Below are positions 48,789 through 59,140 of a DNA stretch of 64,000 bases, piece after piece. The position numbers and the translations under genes are program-made. The DNA comes from Kangiella sp. Lineage in GTDB: Bacteria; Pseudomonadota; Gammaproteobacteria; Enterobacterales; Kangiellaceae. Every line of letters starts with the position of its first letter. Positions within the stretch are counted from its first letter, which is position 1. The notes below the pieces were generated by a model. It saw only the letters and a list, made by a program, of their open reading frames with translations. It was not told where the DNA came from and ran no database searches. The DNA lies in assembly GCA_036568325.1 (NCBI GenBank), contig DATCST010000061.1, positions 6,835 to 70,834 on the forward strand. The letters run 5' to 3'.

Positions 48789-49346
48789 TTATGTACTAAT
48801 TTCTGCAATGCACTCTTCTCTAATAGCCCAGATTCTTTCCAACTCAGCTTTACTATAGTTATTGCGAATAAAATTTTTATGAAAATTTAACTTTATCTCG
48901 CCAATTTCATTGGGCTTTATAGAAATTTCAGAAAAGAATTTGTTTATCGGTTCGTCGGCTTGCACACTGTATCTTGTAAAATCAAGCCGTTCATCCTGAT
49001 ACCGAAGATAACAGTGTGCTTCAGGAATATATTCAACGTTATGCTTTAGCAAAACTTTACCAACCCCTGAAGTATTCTTTCCTGTCATAGGGTAAATACC
49101 CACTACCAAATCGATATCAATCAAAAGTTCATCTGCTAGTGCTTTCAGTAAAGCATGTTTTGTACTACAAGCACCTCGACTTTCAGTTAGCACAAGTTTC
49201 CAATTAGCTCTGTCAGAAGTTCTTCCGTAAGGCAGTTTCCATACATAATCACATGCAGCGTGAAAACTAGAAATACCACGCTCAATAAATTCTTTTGATA
49301 ATTCCTCACTGTAATCGAGTTTTTTATTAGGTATCAAATTTAACAC
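48789..49346 (-). CDS. Transglutaminase-like (Cys-His-Asp) hypothetical protein
   Basis: GACSTKHALL, EAHCYL and RLDFT give a candidate triad in the expected order; non-ATG start. Confidence 0.55.
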   Translation of the reverse strand: MLNLIPNKKLDYSEELSKEFIERGISSFHAACDYVWKLPYGRTSDRANWKLVLTESRGACSTKHALLKALADELLIDIDLVVGIYPMTGKNTSGVGKVLLKHNVEYIPEAHCYLRYQDERLDFTRYSVQADEPINKFFSEISIKPNEIGEIKLNFHKNFIRNNYSKAELERIWAIREECIAEIST

Positions 49347-49494
49347 TTTACTTCCTTAAGCAAATACCGCTTTCTTATACGAATTCGTATCATAAGACTC
49401 TATTATCATTAGTCTCTTTATACAAGTATCTATTCCGCTCTGTAGCATGCATGTTCTCCAATTTGCCACCATTGGTATTAGTGAAATGTTTTAG

Positions 49495-49548
49495 AGCAGA
49501 TTCTGAATTTCTCGGGAGCTCTACCGTCGTCACAGTTCAGAATGACAA
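49495..49548 (-). repeat. TGTC-tagged REP-like palindrome, copy 3, with an expanded loop
   Basis: Minus strand: TTGTC-ATTCTGAA-(28-nt loop containing GTAG)-TTCAGAAT-CTGCT. Confidence 0.75.
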
Positions 49549-49590
49549 TAATAGAATGGTGGTCATATAAACCATTGATTATTATATCCA

Positions 49591-49648
49591 TGTCGCTTTG
49601 TTGTCACCCCAATGTCGCTCATCCTTCGCGAAGATGTCGTGTTATACT
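49591..49648 (+). promoter_or_regulatory. Five-fold 11-bp periodic operator abutting a -10 element
   Basis: TGTCGC 49591, TGTCAC 49602, TGTCGC 49613, CTTCGC 49624, TGTCGT 49635; TATACT at 49643. Confidence 0.7.
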
Positions 49649-49724
49649 TGGCTTGGAATTTACATAATTCAGGCTCACCACTGTATCAGCCAGCATTACA
49701 ACTAAACACACAAACGGATTGATT

Positions 49725-50261
49725 ATGATTGTTAGAAAATTGAGATTGAAAAGAGGTTGGTCACAAGAGCACTTAGCCGAGTTGATGGGTGTTAGCACTC
49801 GTACGATTCAGCGGATTGAGCGTGGCCAGACTAAGCCCAGTCTTGAAACTCAAAAATCATTAGCCGCTGTGTTTGAAGTTGATATAGCAACATTTGAACC
49901 GTCCATAGCTATGGACAGCACAGGAGAGCCTGATATGAACACCACCAATACCAATGAAACAACACAAAACACTGAGCGAGCCGCTAAACCGAAACCAGCC
50001 ATTGAAACAGTAAGCAATGAAGAGGCCGAAGCGATGGAATATGTAAAAGGGATTAAGGAGTTTTACTCTCATCTGCTTATTTTTATTATTTTCACCGTTA
50101 TGTTTATCTTTACCGGCAAAATCAACGATATGTTAATCGCCTGGTCGGCCTGGACTTTCGGTTTGATTATTCACGGTTTACAGGCCTTTGAAATTATCAA
50201 TCTTTTCAAAATAAACTGGGAAAAGAAGATGGTGGAAAAGCGCTTGAAGAAAAAGTTGTAA
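49725..50261 (+). CDS. XRE-family HTH regulator with a C-terminal 2TM domain
   Basis: WSQEHLAELMGVSTRTIQRIERG; C-terminal VKGIKEFYSHL...WTFGLIIHGL...WEKKMVEK. Confidence 0.88.
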   Translation: MIVRKLRLKRGWSQEHLAELMGVSTRTIQRIERGQTKPSLETQKSLAAVFEVDIATFEPSIAMDSTGEPDMNTTNTNETTQNTERAAKPKPAIETVSNEEAEAMEYVKGIKEFYSHLLIFIIFTVMFIFTGKINDMLIAWSAWTFGLIIHGLQAFEIINLFKINWEKKMVEKRLKKKL

Positions 50262-50272
50262 TTCGCCGTCAT

Positions 50273-50300
50273 ATTGAGCAGACTTTAAAGTCTGCTCAAT
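50273..50300. repeat. 28-bp perfect palindrome
   Basis: ATTGAGCAGACTTT-AAAGTCTGCTCAAT with no spacer; preceded by CGTCAT. Confidence 0.8.
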
Positions 50301-50317
50301 TCTACAAGTAATTCCAG

Positions 50318-50713
50318 ATGGATTGGTTTTTTAGCGTCATCATTCTAGTCGCAGCCTTGTTCCTGATAGGTTTCGCTTTCATTGCTTTTATCAAACCTAC
50401 AACTGCAAAACATTTCTTACACCAGTTCGCTTCATCCGCCCAAACTCATTACAGCGAACAATTGATTCGAATCGTCTTTGGCTTATCTCTAATTCTTTAT
50501 GCCCCACAGATGCAGTTTATGCACTTTCATCTAGCGTTGGGATGGCTTCTCGTTATAACCAGTTTAGCTTTATTGGGTGTTCCCTGGAGATGGCATAAAA
50601 AGTTTGCTGACAAGGTCATTCCCTGGGTAATTCTCTTGCTGCCTGTTTATGCAATTGGATGTTTAGTGCTGGGAGGTACTTTGGTTTATGGGCTTTTGGG
50701 GTATAGTAATTAG
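50318..50713 (+). CDS. Hypothetical four-TM membrane protein
   Basis: 131 aa, hydrophobic; PWRWHKKFA motif. Confidence 0.75.
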   Translation: MDWFFSVIILVAALFLIGFAFIAFIKPTTAKHFLHQFASSAQTHYSEQLIRIVFGLSLILYAPQMQFMHFHLALGWLLVITSLALLGVPWRWHKKFADKVIPWVILLLPVYAIGCLVLGGTLVYGLLGYSN

Positions 50714-50723
50714 ATATTTAGAC

Positions 50724-53700
50724 CTAATACTCTACTTTTGCATCAACACATCCAGGAATGTGTTTCAGGCTAAAAACTAATGCATCGACCGGTTGTACGC
50801 ACCAGTCTTCACTCATGATGAAGTCGCCGGCGATTTGTTTTTGTTGGTACTGGAAGTTGATAATCACTGGGCAGGCGCCATCGCGGTTTTGGCTGATTTT
50901 TTCTTCGAGCTCAACCATGGTATCTGGGCCGATGATTGAGTCAGAGATGGTGATGATGATTTTTTTGCAATATTGTTCACGCGCCTGTTCGAATGACATA
51001 ACACTGTTGGCGCTGACGCTGGTGCCACCGGAATAATCATCATGACGCGCTTCGCCATCGACCACAATGACGTTGTCGCGACTTAGAAGGTATCGATAGG
51101 TTTCAAAAGTTTCAGCATAGACTGTGACATCACAACGACCGGACTTATCATCCAATGTGAGAATCGCCATCTTATCACCACGCTTGGTATTCATGACACG
51201 CATGCCAACAATCAAACCCACTACTCTTGCCGAGTTTCCACGACCGGTTGGCTGCAGATCACGCAGTCGGGTAATGCTCATTTGTTTGATTTCTGGAATG
51301 TAACGATCGATTGGGTGACCCGTCAGATACAATCCTAATGTTTCTTTTTCACCTTGGAGAACCTGTTCATCAGTCCACGGCTTAACACGAATATATTGAT
51401 GCTGTTCGGTGGCGGTTGTCGCGACCACACTACCGAATAAATCATCCTGCCCTGCTGCCTGGCTTTTATTAAACTGCTCAGCAGCTTTTACCGCTTCATC
51501 CAACGAGGCCATCAGTGTTGCGCGGTTCGGTCCTATAAGATCCATAGCACCCGCGCGAATCAGAGCTTCTAAAGTACGACGATTAGCTTTCTTTAAATCG
51601 ACACGACTACAGAAGTCGAACAAATCTTTATAAAGACCATTGGCTTCACGTTCATTGACGATGCTCTCAATAGCCCCCTCACCCACACCTTTAATAGCGC
51701 CGATGCCATAGACAATGCGCCCTTCTTCATCGACAGAGAAGCGGTACTGCCCTTTGTTAACATCAGGCGGTGTAATGGTTAAGTTATTATTTGCGGCGTC
51801 TTCAACGTAAGTAACGACCTTATCGGTGTTATCCATATCCGAAGACATAACTGCGGCCATAAATGCCGCCGGATGATGGGTTTTGAGCCATGCCGTTTGA
51901 TAGGCCACCAGTGCATAGGCGGCTGAGTGTGATTTGTTGAAACCGTAACCGGCGAATTTCTCTACCAAGTCAAAAATCTTCATGGCGAGATCGCCATCGA
52001 CGCCATTCTTGATCGCACCGTCTTTAAAAATGCTACGCTGCTTCTCCATCTCTTCGGGCTTTTTCTTACCCATGGCACGACGCAAAATATCCGCGCCGCC
52101 GAGCGTGTAGCCAGCCAACACCTGCGCGATCTGCATCACCTGCTCCTGATAGAGAATGATGCCGTAGGTTGGCTCAAGAATTTCTTTTAAGGATTCGTGT
52201 TGATAGTTCGCATCGGGATAGGAAACAATCTCGCGACCGTGCTTACGATTAATAAAGTTATCAACCATACCCGACTGCAATGGGCCCGGACGGAACAGTG
52301 CTACCAATGCGATAATGTCTTCAAAGCGATTCGGCTTTAAGCGCTTAATCAAATCTTTCATGCCACGCGATTCGAGCTGGAACACGGCAGTGGTATCGGC
52401 ACGTTGCAACAAATCAAAAACCTGCTGATCTTCGGTGTCGATGGTAGTGATATCGATCGGTTCTTCGCCTTTCTTGGCAATGATGCCGTTGGCGGTTTCA
52501 ATTGCCCAGTCGATAATGGTTAAGGTACGCAGACCCAAGAAGTCAAACTTAACCAGACCTGCACTTTCTACATCGTCTTTATCAAATTGAGTAACGATGT
52601 TGTGGCCAGTTTCGTCGCAATACAACGGCGCAAATTCTTCCAGATCATTCGGCGCGATAACCACACCACCGGCGTGCTTACCGGCGTTTCGAGTGACACC
52701 TTCAAGCTTACGCGCCAAGTCCCACAATTCACGAACGTCTTCGTCTTCTTCGTATAAGCGAGGAAGTTCGGGCTCCTGCTCAAAGGCTTTTTCCAGCGTC
52801 ATGCCCACTTCAAAGGGAATCAACTTAGCCAGCTTATCCACAAAACCATACGGATGACTGAATACACGGCCCACATCACGAATTACCGCTTTAGCGGCCA
52901 TGGTACCGAAAGTAATAATCTGCGACACACTGTTGCGGCCATAGCGTTCGGCTACATAATCAATCACTCGATCGCGCCCTTCCATACAGAAGTCGACGTC
53001 AAAGTCAGGCATCGAAACCCGTTCAGGGTTAAGGAATCTCTCGAATAGCAGGTCATATTCCAGCGGATCAAGATCGGTAATTTTCATCGCGTATGCGACC
53101 AAAGAGCCAGCACCCGAACCACGACCTGGGCCGACCGGCACACCGTTATTCTTGGACCATTGAATAAAGTCGGCAACGATTAAGAAGTAGCCGGGGAAAC
53201 CCATGTCGTTGATTACGTCCAGCTCAATCTGTAAGCGTTCATCATAAGCTTTGCGAATATCGGCGAAATCCTCTGCGTTACGATCAAACAGTTGATCGAG
53301 TCGGTCCTCTAAACCTTCTTTAGAGACTTTCTCAAAGTATTGAGCGATAGTCATGCCTTCCGGGATTGGAAATTCCGGTAAGAAGTACTCGCCAAGTCGC
53401 ATCTCCAGATTACAGCGTTTAGCAATTTCTACACTGTTTTCCAGCGCTTCAGGAATATCCTCGAACAACTCAACCATTTCTGATTCGCTACGCAAGTATT
53501 GCTGTTCGCTGTATTCGCGCGGACGACGCGGGTCAGCTAATACTCGCCCCTGATTAATACAGACCCGAGCTTCATGCGCATCGAAGTCTTCTTTATGGAT
53601 AAAACGCACATCATTGGTTGCTACAACTGGCGTGCTGGCACCCTGCGCCAGGCCAATGACCTGATGAATGTATTCATTTTCCTGCGGGCGACCGGTGCGC

Positions 53701-54209
53701 TGTAATTCAAGGTAATAGCGATCTTTGAAATGGTGATTCCAGAAACCAAGATTTGAGGCTGCCTGATCCATGTTGCCAGCAAGCAAAGCTTTGCCCACAT
53801 CGCCCTGTCTCCCGCCGGATAAAATGATCAAGCCTTCCGCATACTCTGGTAGCCATTCTTTTTTAACTAAGGGCAGACCACGATGCTGGTTCTTAAGATA
53901 AGCGCGAGAAATGACGTACTTGAGATTGAGGTAACCGGTATTGTTCATGCACAAAGCTGTGACACGAAAATGTTCGTCCTCATCATTAGGATTCTGAATT
54001 AATAAGTCAGCGCCTGCTATCGGTTTAATGCCCGCTGAGACTGACTGAGAGTAGAACTTAACCAGGCCACACATGTTCATCTGGTCGGTCATTGCGATTG
54101 CCGGAATCTTGTGTTCCTTGCAGGTCGCAATCAGTGGCTTGATCCGCACAACACTATCCACCATAGAGTATTCGGTATGCATTTTGAGGTGAATAAAGCG
54201 TGGTGTCAT
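50724..54209 (-). CDS. dnaE: DNA polymerase III alpha subunit
   Basis: PHP domain (HLKMHTEYS), [26 protein letters not shown]; normal length, no intein. Confidence 0.99.
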   Translation of the reverse strand: MTPRFIHLKMHTEYSMVDSVVRIKPLIATCKEHKIPAIAMTDQMNMCGLVKFYSQSVSAGIKPIAGADLLIQNPNDEDEHFRVTALCMNNTGYLNLKYVISRAYLKNQHRGLPLVKKEWLPEYAEGLIILSGGRQGDVGKALLAGNMDQAASNLGFWNHHFKDRYYLELQRTGRPQENEYIHQVIGLAQGASTPVVATNDVRFIHKEDFDAHEARVCINQGRVLADPRRPREYSEQQYLRSESEMVELFEDIPEALENSVEIAKRCNLEMRLGEYFLPEFPIPEGMTIAQYFEKVSKEGLEDRLDQLFDRNAEDFADIRKAYDERLQIELDVINDMGFPGYFLIVADFIQWSKNNGVPVGPGRGSGAGSLVAYAMKITDLDPLEYDLLFERFLNPERVSMPDFDVDFCMEGRDRVIDYVAERYGRNSVSQIITFGTMAAKAVIRDVGRVFSHPYGFVDKLAKLIPFEVGMTLEKAFEQEPELPRLYEEDEDVRELWDLARKLEGVTRNAGKHAGGVVIAPNDLEEFAPLYCDETGHNIVTQFDKDDVESAGLVKFDFLGLRTLTIIDWAIETANGIIAKKGEEPIDITTIDTEDQQVFDLLQRADTTAVFQLESRGMKDLIKRLKPNRFEDIIALVALFRPGPLQSGMVDNFINRKHGREIVSYPDANYQHESLKEILEPTYGIILYQEQVMQIAQVLAGYTLGGADILRRAMGKKKPEEMEKQRSIFKDGAIKNGVDGDLAMKIFDLVEKFAGYGFNKSHSAAYALVAYQTAWLKTHHPAAFMAAVMSSDMDNTDKVVTYVEDAANNNLTITPPDVNKGQYRFSVDEEGRIVYGIGAIKGVGEGAIESIVNEREANGLYKDLFDFCSRVDLKKANRRTLEALIRAGAMDLIGPNRATLMASLDEAVKAAEQFNKSQAAGQDDLFGSVVATTATEQHQYIRVKPWTDEQVLQGEKETLGLYLTGHPIDRYIPEIKQMSITRLRDLQPTGRGNSARVVGLIVGMRVMNTKRGDKMAILTLDDKSGRCDVTVYAETFETYRYLLSRDNVIVVDGEARHDDYSGGTSVSANSVMSFEQAREQYCKKIIITISDSIIGPDTMVELEEKISQNRDGACPVIINFQYQQKQIAGDFIMSEDWCVQPVDALVFSLKHIPGCVDAKVEY

Positions 54210-54354
54210 AGTGTTCCGTCTGTTAGCTCTTGTAGTTTTAACTTGTTAGGTATCGTTATGATCTGACTTATTATAAAAGCCAGCCAAATTGTTTCCAGTC
54301 TTTTAATAGATTTGAGTTTTTTAATTTTAATATCAGTAACTTAGCTGTGAAACA

Positions 54355-54930
54355 CTAAAGGTTGAGCATTTGTTGTACAGGAGCATAAGAACGGCGATGA
54401 ATCGGGGTAATCCCCAGCTGCAGAATCGCTTCTCTATGCTGCTTGGTTGGATAACCTTTATGCTTGGCAAAGCCATACCCCGGATAAGCCTGCTCCATTT
54501 CAACCATCTCATTGTCGCGTGCCACTTTGGCCAAAATCGATGCCGCACTAATCGCCGGCTCTTTGCTGTCACCCTTGATGATAGCTTCCATACGACAATC
54601 CAACTGTGGGCAATGGTTACCATCGATCAATGCCAACTCAGGTAAATGGCTTAATGTTTCAACCGCACGCTTCATAGCCAGCAGGCTCGCTTGCAAGATG
54701 TTAATTCGATCAATTTCTTCGACTTCTGCTCGCGCTATCGACCAGGCCAGGGCTTTCTCTTTAATCTCAAGAGACAAAGCCTCACGTCGCTTTTCTGTCA
54801 GTTTTTTGGAGTCAGCCAGTCCCGCAATAGGGTTTGCGGGATCAAGTATCACCGCAGCCGCCACAACCGGCCCTGCCAATGGGCCGCGCCCTACTTCATC
54901 CACACCTGCAATTAATATCGTTTGCTCCAT
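54355..54930 (-). CDS. rnhB: Ribonuclease HII
   Basis: [34 protein letters not shown] motifs. Confidence 0.99.
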   Translation of the reverse strand: MEQTILIAGVDEVGRGPLAGPVVAAAVILDPANPIAGLADSKKLTEKRREALSLEIKEKALAWSIARAEVEEIDRINILQASLLAMKRAVETLSHLPELALIDGNHCPQLDCRMEAIIKGDSKEPAISAASILAKVARDNEMVEMEQAYPGYGFAKHKGYPTKQHREAILQLGITPIHRRSYAPVQQMLNL

Positions 54931-54958
54931 AGTCTGCTCTTTTTATTTTAAGAATTCA

Positions 54959-56155
54959 TTAGCGTCCGTTAGCCAGCCACCATTGCGTAATCGAATTAGC
55001 GGCATACACATCAGCATTTTTACGTAGCTTATCGTGCCATTCCTCAAATACCACTTTGATTTCCTGCCAACGCTGACCATCATCCTCCAGCCAGGCGCGA
55101 ACTTCAGCAAAAATATTATCAGGCGTGCATTCCTCCTGGATCAGCTCGGGGATTAAGGGTTTCTTAGCCAGTAAATTGGGAATAGCAAAAGTATCAATGA
55201 TCAGCAAACGTTTAAATACCTGATAACTGAAACCGCCGACTTTGTACGCAACCACGGTTGGACGCTTAATCAGCATTGCTTCTAAAGTTGCAGTACCGGA
55301 CGCCATCACCAATAAATCGCTAGCGGCCATGCAATCTCTTGATTGACCTTCAACTAATTGAATGTCAGGTGCGTCGGTTGTTTCTTGGAGTAAAGCTTCA
55401 AACTGCTGGCGACGAGCCTGATTGGCCATAGGTGCTATAAACTTGGTGTCTGGATAATAGCCCTGAATCAACTTGGCCGTTTCAATAAAGTCCTGACCGA
55501 GGAATTTCATTTCTGAACCGCGACTGCCCGGCATGATGCAGATTACACGCTTAGCATTAGCATCTGATATCCCCAGACGTTGTCTGGCTTCAGTCTTGTG
55601 CATCTCCATGGGGATCTGATCGGCCAACGGATGGCCTACACAGAAATTATCAATCGCATGGCGCTGATAGATGTCTTGCTCAAAAGGAAACAAACAAAGC
55701 ATTAAATCAGTAGCTTTGCGGATCTTAAAGATACGCTTTGGTCTCCAGGCCCAGACTGAGGGGCTGACATAATGAATAGTTTTGATGTTTTGAGCTTTTA
55801 ATTTCTTTTCCAGACCAATATTAAACTCCGGCGCATCAATGCCGATAAACATATCGGGTGGCGACTCAATCCAGCGTTTGGCCAAGTCACGACGCATTTT
55901 TAGCAGCTCAGGGAGACGTTTAAGAATTGGCACAATCCCCATAACTGCCAAGGACTCCAAGGGGTAAAGGCTTTTGCAGCCTTCGGCCTGCATCAAATCA
56001 CCGGCAATGCCCTCAAACTCAGCATTAGGAAAGTGCTTTTTAAGTTCTTTAATTAAACCGGCACCTAAAATATCGCCGGAAGACTCTCCGGCGATGATGG
56101 CAATCTTGGTCACTGATTCTGCTACGGTATTATCTGCAAAAGGCGATGTTTGCAT
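54959..56155 (-). CDS. lpxB: Lipid A disaccharide synthase
   Basis: AGESSGD, YVSPSVWAWR, PGSRGSE, SGTATLE motifs. Confidence 0.98.
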   Translation of the reverse strand: MQTSPFADNTVAESVTKIAIIAGESSGDILGAGLIKELKKHFPNAEFEGIAGDLMQAEGCKSLYPLESLAVMGIVPILKRLPELLKMRRDLAKRWIESPPDMFIGIDAPEFNIGLEKKLKAQNIKTIHYVSPSVWAWRPKRIFKIRKATDLMLCLFPFEQDIYQRHAIDNFCVGHPLADQIPMEMHKTEARQRLGISDANAKRVICIMPGSRGSEMKFLGQDFIETAKLIQGYYPDTKFIAPMANQARRQQFEALLQETTDAPDIQLVEGQSRDCMAASDLLVMASGTATLEAMLIKRPTVVAYKVGGFSYQVFKRLLIIDTFAIPNLLAKKPLIPELIQEECTPDNIFAEVRAWLEDDGQRWQEIKVVFEEWHDKLRKNADVYAANSITQWWLANGR

Positions 56156-56255
56156 TGCTACTCCCCTTATTCTTTTTTACTCAAGCTACGCTTAGGCATC
56201 TACTTAAGCAGACCAGGTATTTGCGATAACTTTTTTTGACAAGTCGCAAGCTAAC

Positions 56256-57014
56256 TTAGCGCAAAATACCTCGGTTCGCATTCTGCAAAAATTCTACCAT
56301 TTGTTGTACATGGGGATCGGAACTTTCCGACAATTCAGCAATGGCTTCATCTGTTTTCAAGGATTTACGATAAATGGTGCGGTAAGCTCGCTTTAATTCG
56401 CTAATGCTCTCTGCTGAGAAGCCGCGACGCTTTAAGCCTTCTGAGTTGAGGCCGTAGGGTGCATTTTCGGCTACTAGCACAAACGGTGGGATATCCTTGC
56501 TAATGGCGCAGTCCATACCAATAAAGGCATGGTCACCAATTTTGCAGAACTGATGGATCTTAGCAAAACCCGACAAAATAACGTGGTCACCCACATGGAC
56601 ATGCCCTGCTAACGTTGCATTATTAGACATAATGATATTGTCACCGAGCACACAATCATGCGCGATGTGGGTATAAGCCATGAACCAGCCATTATTACCT
56701 ATCCGAGTTTCTGAACCGTCTTGCACAGTACCACGATGCACCGTACAGCACTCCCGGAACACGTTACCATCACCAATGATGGTTCGAGTGGGTTCGCCCG
56801 CATACTTTTTATCCTGATTTTCTTCGCCAATCGAAGAAAACTGGAAAAAGCGGTTATTCTTGCCAATGGTGGTATAGCTTCCAATAACCACATGAGGACC
56901 AACTACAGTCCCTGAGTCAATGGAAACGTCTTCACCAACAATTGAATATGGGCCAATTTCTACTCCATCAGCAATATTTGCTGATGGGTCAATAATGGCT
57001 GTTGGATGGATCAC
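56256..57014 (-). CDS. lpxA: UDP-N-acetylglucosamine acyltransferase
   Basis: IHPTAII hexapeptide repeats, QDKKY, HIAHDC. A GTG start overlaps the fabZ stop (GTGA). Confidence 0.97.
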   Translation of the reverse strand: MIHPTAIIDPSANIADGVEIGPYSIVGEDVSIDSGTVVGPHVVIGSYTTIGKNNRFFQFSSIGEENQDKKYAGEPTRTIIGDGNVFRECCTVHRGTVQDGSETRIGNNGWFMAYTHIAHDCVLGDNIIMSNNATLAGHVHVGDHVILSGFAKIHQFCKIGDHAFIGMDCAISKDIPPFVLVAENAPYGLNSEGLKRRGFSAESISELKRAYRTIYRKSLKTDEAIAELSESSDPHVQQMVEFLQNANRGILR

Positions 57015-57484
57015 ACAATATCCTTCTTTGCACACATGAGTTCAGCGGAGCAGACTACTTTGCCGTCAACCGTGGCAACTGCAGAAAACTTCCACATATC
57101 GCGTTTACGCTTCAAGACAGTAACTTCCATTACCACTTGATCGCCTGGCTCAACAGGTTTCTTGAAACGTGCATCATCAATACCAACAAAATAGAACAGA
57201 GAGTCATCACTTGGCAATGATTCTGTCGTCTTAAATGCTAGAATGCCACTGGCCTGCGCCATAGCTTCAAGCATAAGAACTCCAGGAAATACGGGGCGGT
57301 GTGGGAAGTGTCCCGGAAAGAATGGCTCATTTACTGTCACATTCTTAATAGCTTTCAAATACTCCCCAGCTTTAAAGTCGACCACTCGGTCAACCAATAA
57401 AAAAGGATAGCGGTGAGGTAAGTGCTTCATCACCTCATAGATATCCATGGAATTCATTTCTGTTTCGTTGTTATCGCTCATCAT
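57011..57484 (-). CDS. fabZ: 3-hydroxyacyl-ACP dehydratase
   Basis: [26 protein letters not shown] motifs. Confidence 0.98.
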   Translation of the reverse strand: MMSDNNETEMNSMDIYEVMKHLPHRYPFLLVDRVVDFKAGEYLKAIKNVTVNEPFFPGHFPHRPVFPGVLMLEAMAQASGILAFKTTESLPSDDSLFYFVGIDDARFKKPVEPGDQVVMEVTVLKRKRDMWKFSAVATVDGKVVCSAELMCAKKDIV

Positions 57485-58520
57485 TATCGTCTCTTGAGTC
57501 TTTTAGCTGCCCTAGTTCTTTTTCCAGCTGTTTTAGTTTACGCCACATTTCATCCAATTGTCTGAAACGTACTGCACTTTTATGCCATTCCTTATTGGTC
57601 TGGAATGTCGTACCTGAAGAATAGGCTCCAGGCTCTGTAATTGATTTATTCACAAAGGTGGTTGCTGTGATATGTGCTTTATCGCATACCTTAAGGTGGC
57701 CAATTATACTCACTCTGCCGGCGATTGTGCAGTGCTTTCCGACAGTTGTGCTACCTGCGATCGCTGTGCACCCCGCAACGGCCGTGTAATCACCAATAAC
57801 CACATTGTGTGCAATATGAATGTGGTTATCGAGTTTAACGCCTGTTCCAATGATGGTGTTCTCAAGTGCGCCTCGGTCTATCGCAGTATGAGCACCGATT
57901 TCCACCGAATCACCAATAACCACACTGCCCACCTGTGGAATTTTGACCCATTCGCCCTGATCGTTGGCATAACCAAAGCCATCAGAGCCGATCACCACAT
58001 TGGCGTGAATAATGCAGTCTCTACCAATTTGTACGGCATGATAAATAACCGTATTGGGATAAATAATCGTATTTTCACCAATACTGGCATTTTCACCAAT
58101 AACAACGCCCGCACCGATGATAACGTTATCATCAATAACCGCACCATCCTTGATGACCGCATGAGCATCAATAGTTATATTGGAGCCTAATTGAGCTGTG
58201 TCAGCGATGATCGCGCTTGAAGCTATGCCTTGAAGGGGGCGTGGTGTGGTATCAAATATCTGAGCTGCCTTGGCATATCCTAAATAGGGGTCTTTCATCA
58301 CCAACAGGTTGCCACTTAGCTGTTCAGCAATTGCAGGGTTTACTATCAAAGCAGAAGCTTTGCTGCTTTCAACATGGCTCAAATATTTTTTATCGCTAAT
58401 AAAACTGAGTTCACCTTTTTGCGCTTTATTTAACGGAGAAACCGCAGTTATCACTAACTGCGGTTCTCCTTTAAGCTCAGCGCCAATGTGCTCAGCAATG
58501 TCTTGAAGTGTTTTTTGCAA
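57471..58520 (-). CDS. lpxD: UDP-3-O-acylglucosamine N-acyltransferase
   Basis: GSDGFGY, KIPQVG, IDRGAL, HIAHNV motifs. Confidence 0.98.
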   Translation of the reverse strand: MQKTLQDIAEHIGAELKGEPQLVITAVSPLNKAQKGELSFISDKKYLSHVESSKASALIVNPAIAEQLSGNLLVMKDPYLGYAKAAQIFDTTPRPLQGIASSAIIADTAQLGSNITIDAHAVIKDGAVIDDNVIIGAGVVIGENASIGENTIIYPNTVIYHAVQIGRDCIIHANVVIGSDGFGYANDQGEWVKIPQVGSVVIGDSVEIGAHTAIDRGALENTIIGTGVKLDNHIHIAHNVVIGDYTAVAGCTAIAGSTTVGKHCTIAGRVSIIGHLKVCDKAHITATTFVNKSITEPGAYSSGTTFQTNKEWHKSAVRFRQLDEMWRKLKQLEKELGQLKDSRDDNDER

Positions 58521-58605
58521 ACCGTTGACTACCTGAATATGCCGTTTAAAGAATAATACTACTCACTTATCAACAGGTTGCAATATTTTTAGAACGTATA
58601 TTCGC

Positions 58606-59106
58606 TTATTTTGATAACTCAGCTAAAACCTGCTCAGTGACATCTGGAATAGAAGCATCTATATAAGGTGCAGCCTGACGGTCAAGCAACAGATTATAAC
58701 CACCTTTCTTAGCTACAGATTCAACAGCATTACGAATTTGAGTACCAAGCTTTTGTTGCTCTTCACGGCTACGCTTCTCAACGTCTTCTTTAAATGCCGC
58801 TTCCTTCAACTTGTAATCCGACATTTTTTGCTGAATGCTACGCTTTTTCTCAGTCGCTTGAGATTCAGTCATAGTTGCTACATTGTTTACGTAGTCAGTA
58901 CGCGCGGTTTCAATCTCTTGACCTAAACGCTTTAACTCTTCTTCACGTCCGGTAAATTCTTTTTTCAACTTTTGATTGATCGCATCTTTCTGCGGAACTT
59001 TAGCCATTACTTCGCTAAAGTTAATAATCCCAATTTTAGTTTCAGCGCTGGCCATTAATGGCATGCTTGCTGCGACAAATAAAAATATTGCTAATAGTTT
59101 TTTCAA
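58606..59106 (-). CDS. skp: Periplasmic chaperone Skp (OmpH)
   Basis: Signal peptide, coiled-coil body, ends DVTEQVL; lies between bamA and lpxD. Confidence 0.9.
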   Translation of the reverse strand: MKKLLAIFLFVAASMPLMASAETKIGIINFSEVMAKVPQKDAINQKLKKEFTGREEELKRLGQEIETARTDYVNNVATMTESQATEKKRSIQQKMSDYKLKEAAFKEDVEKRSREEQQKLGTQIRNAVESVAKKGGYNLLLDRQAAPYIDASIPDVTEQVLAELSK

Positions 59107-59140
59107 AATTAATCTCCAATAATTTATATATAATTACTAA

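Noticed and set aside
50306-50712. AGTAATT on both sides of the 50318 gene
   Set aside because: Only 7 bp and AT-rich; expected by chance.
50724-54209. Intein or frameshift in dnaE
   Set aside because: A continuous 1161-aa ORF of normal length with no splicing motifs.
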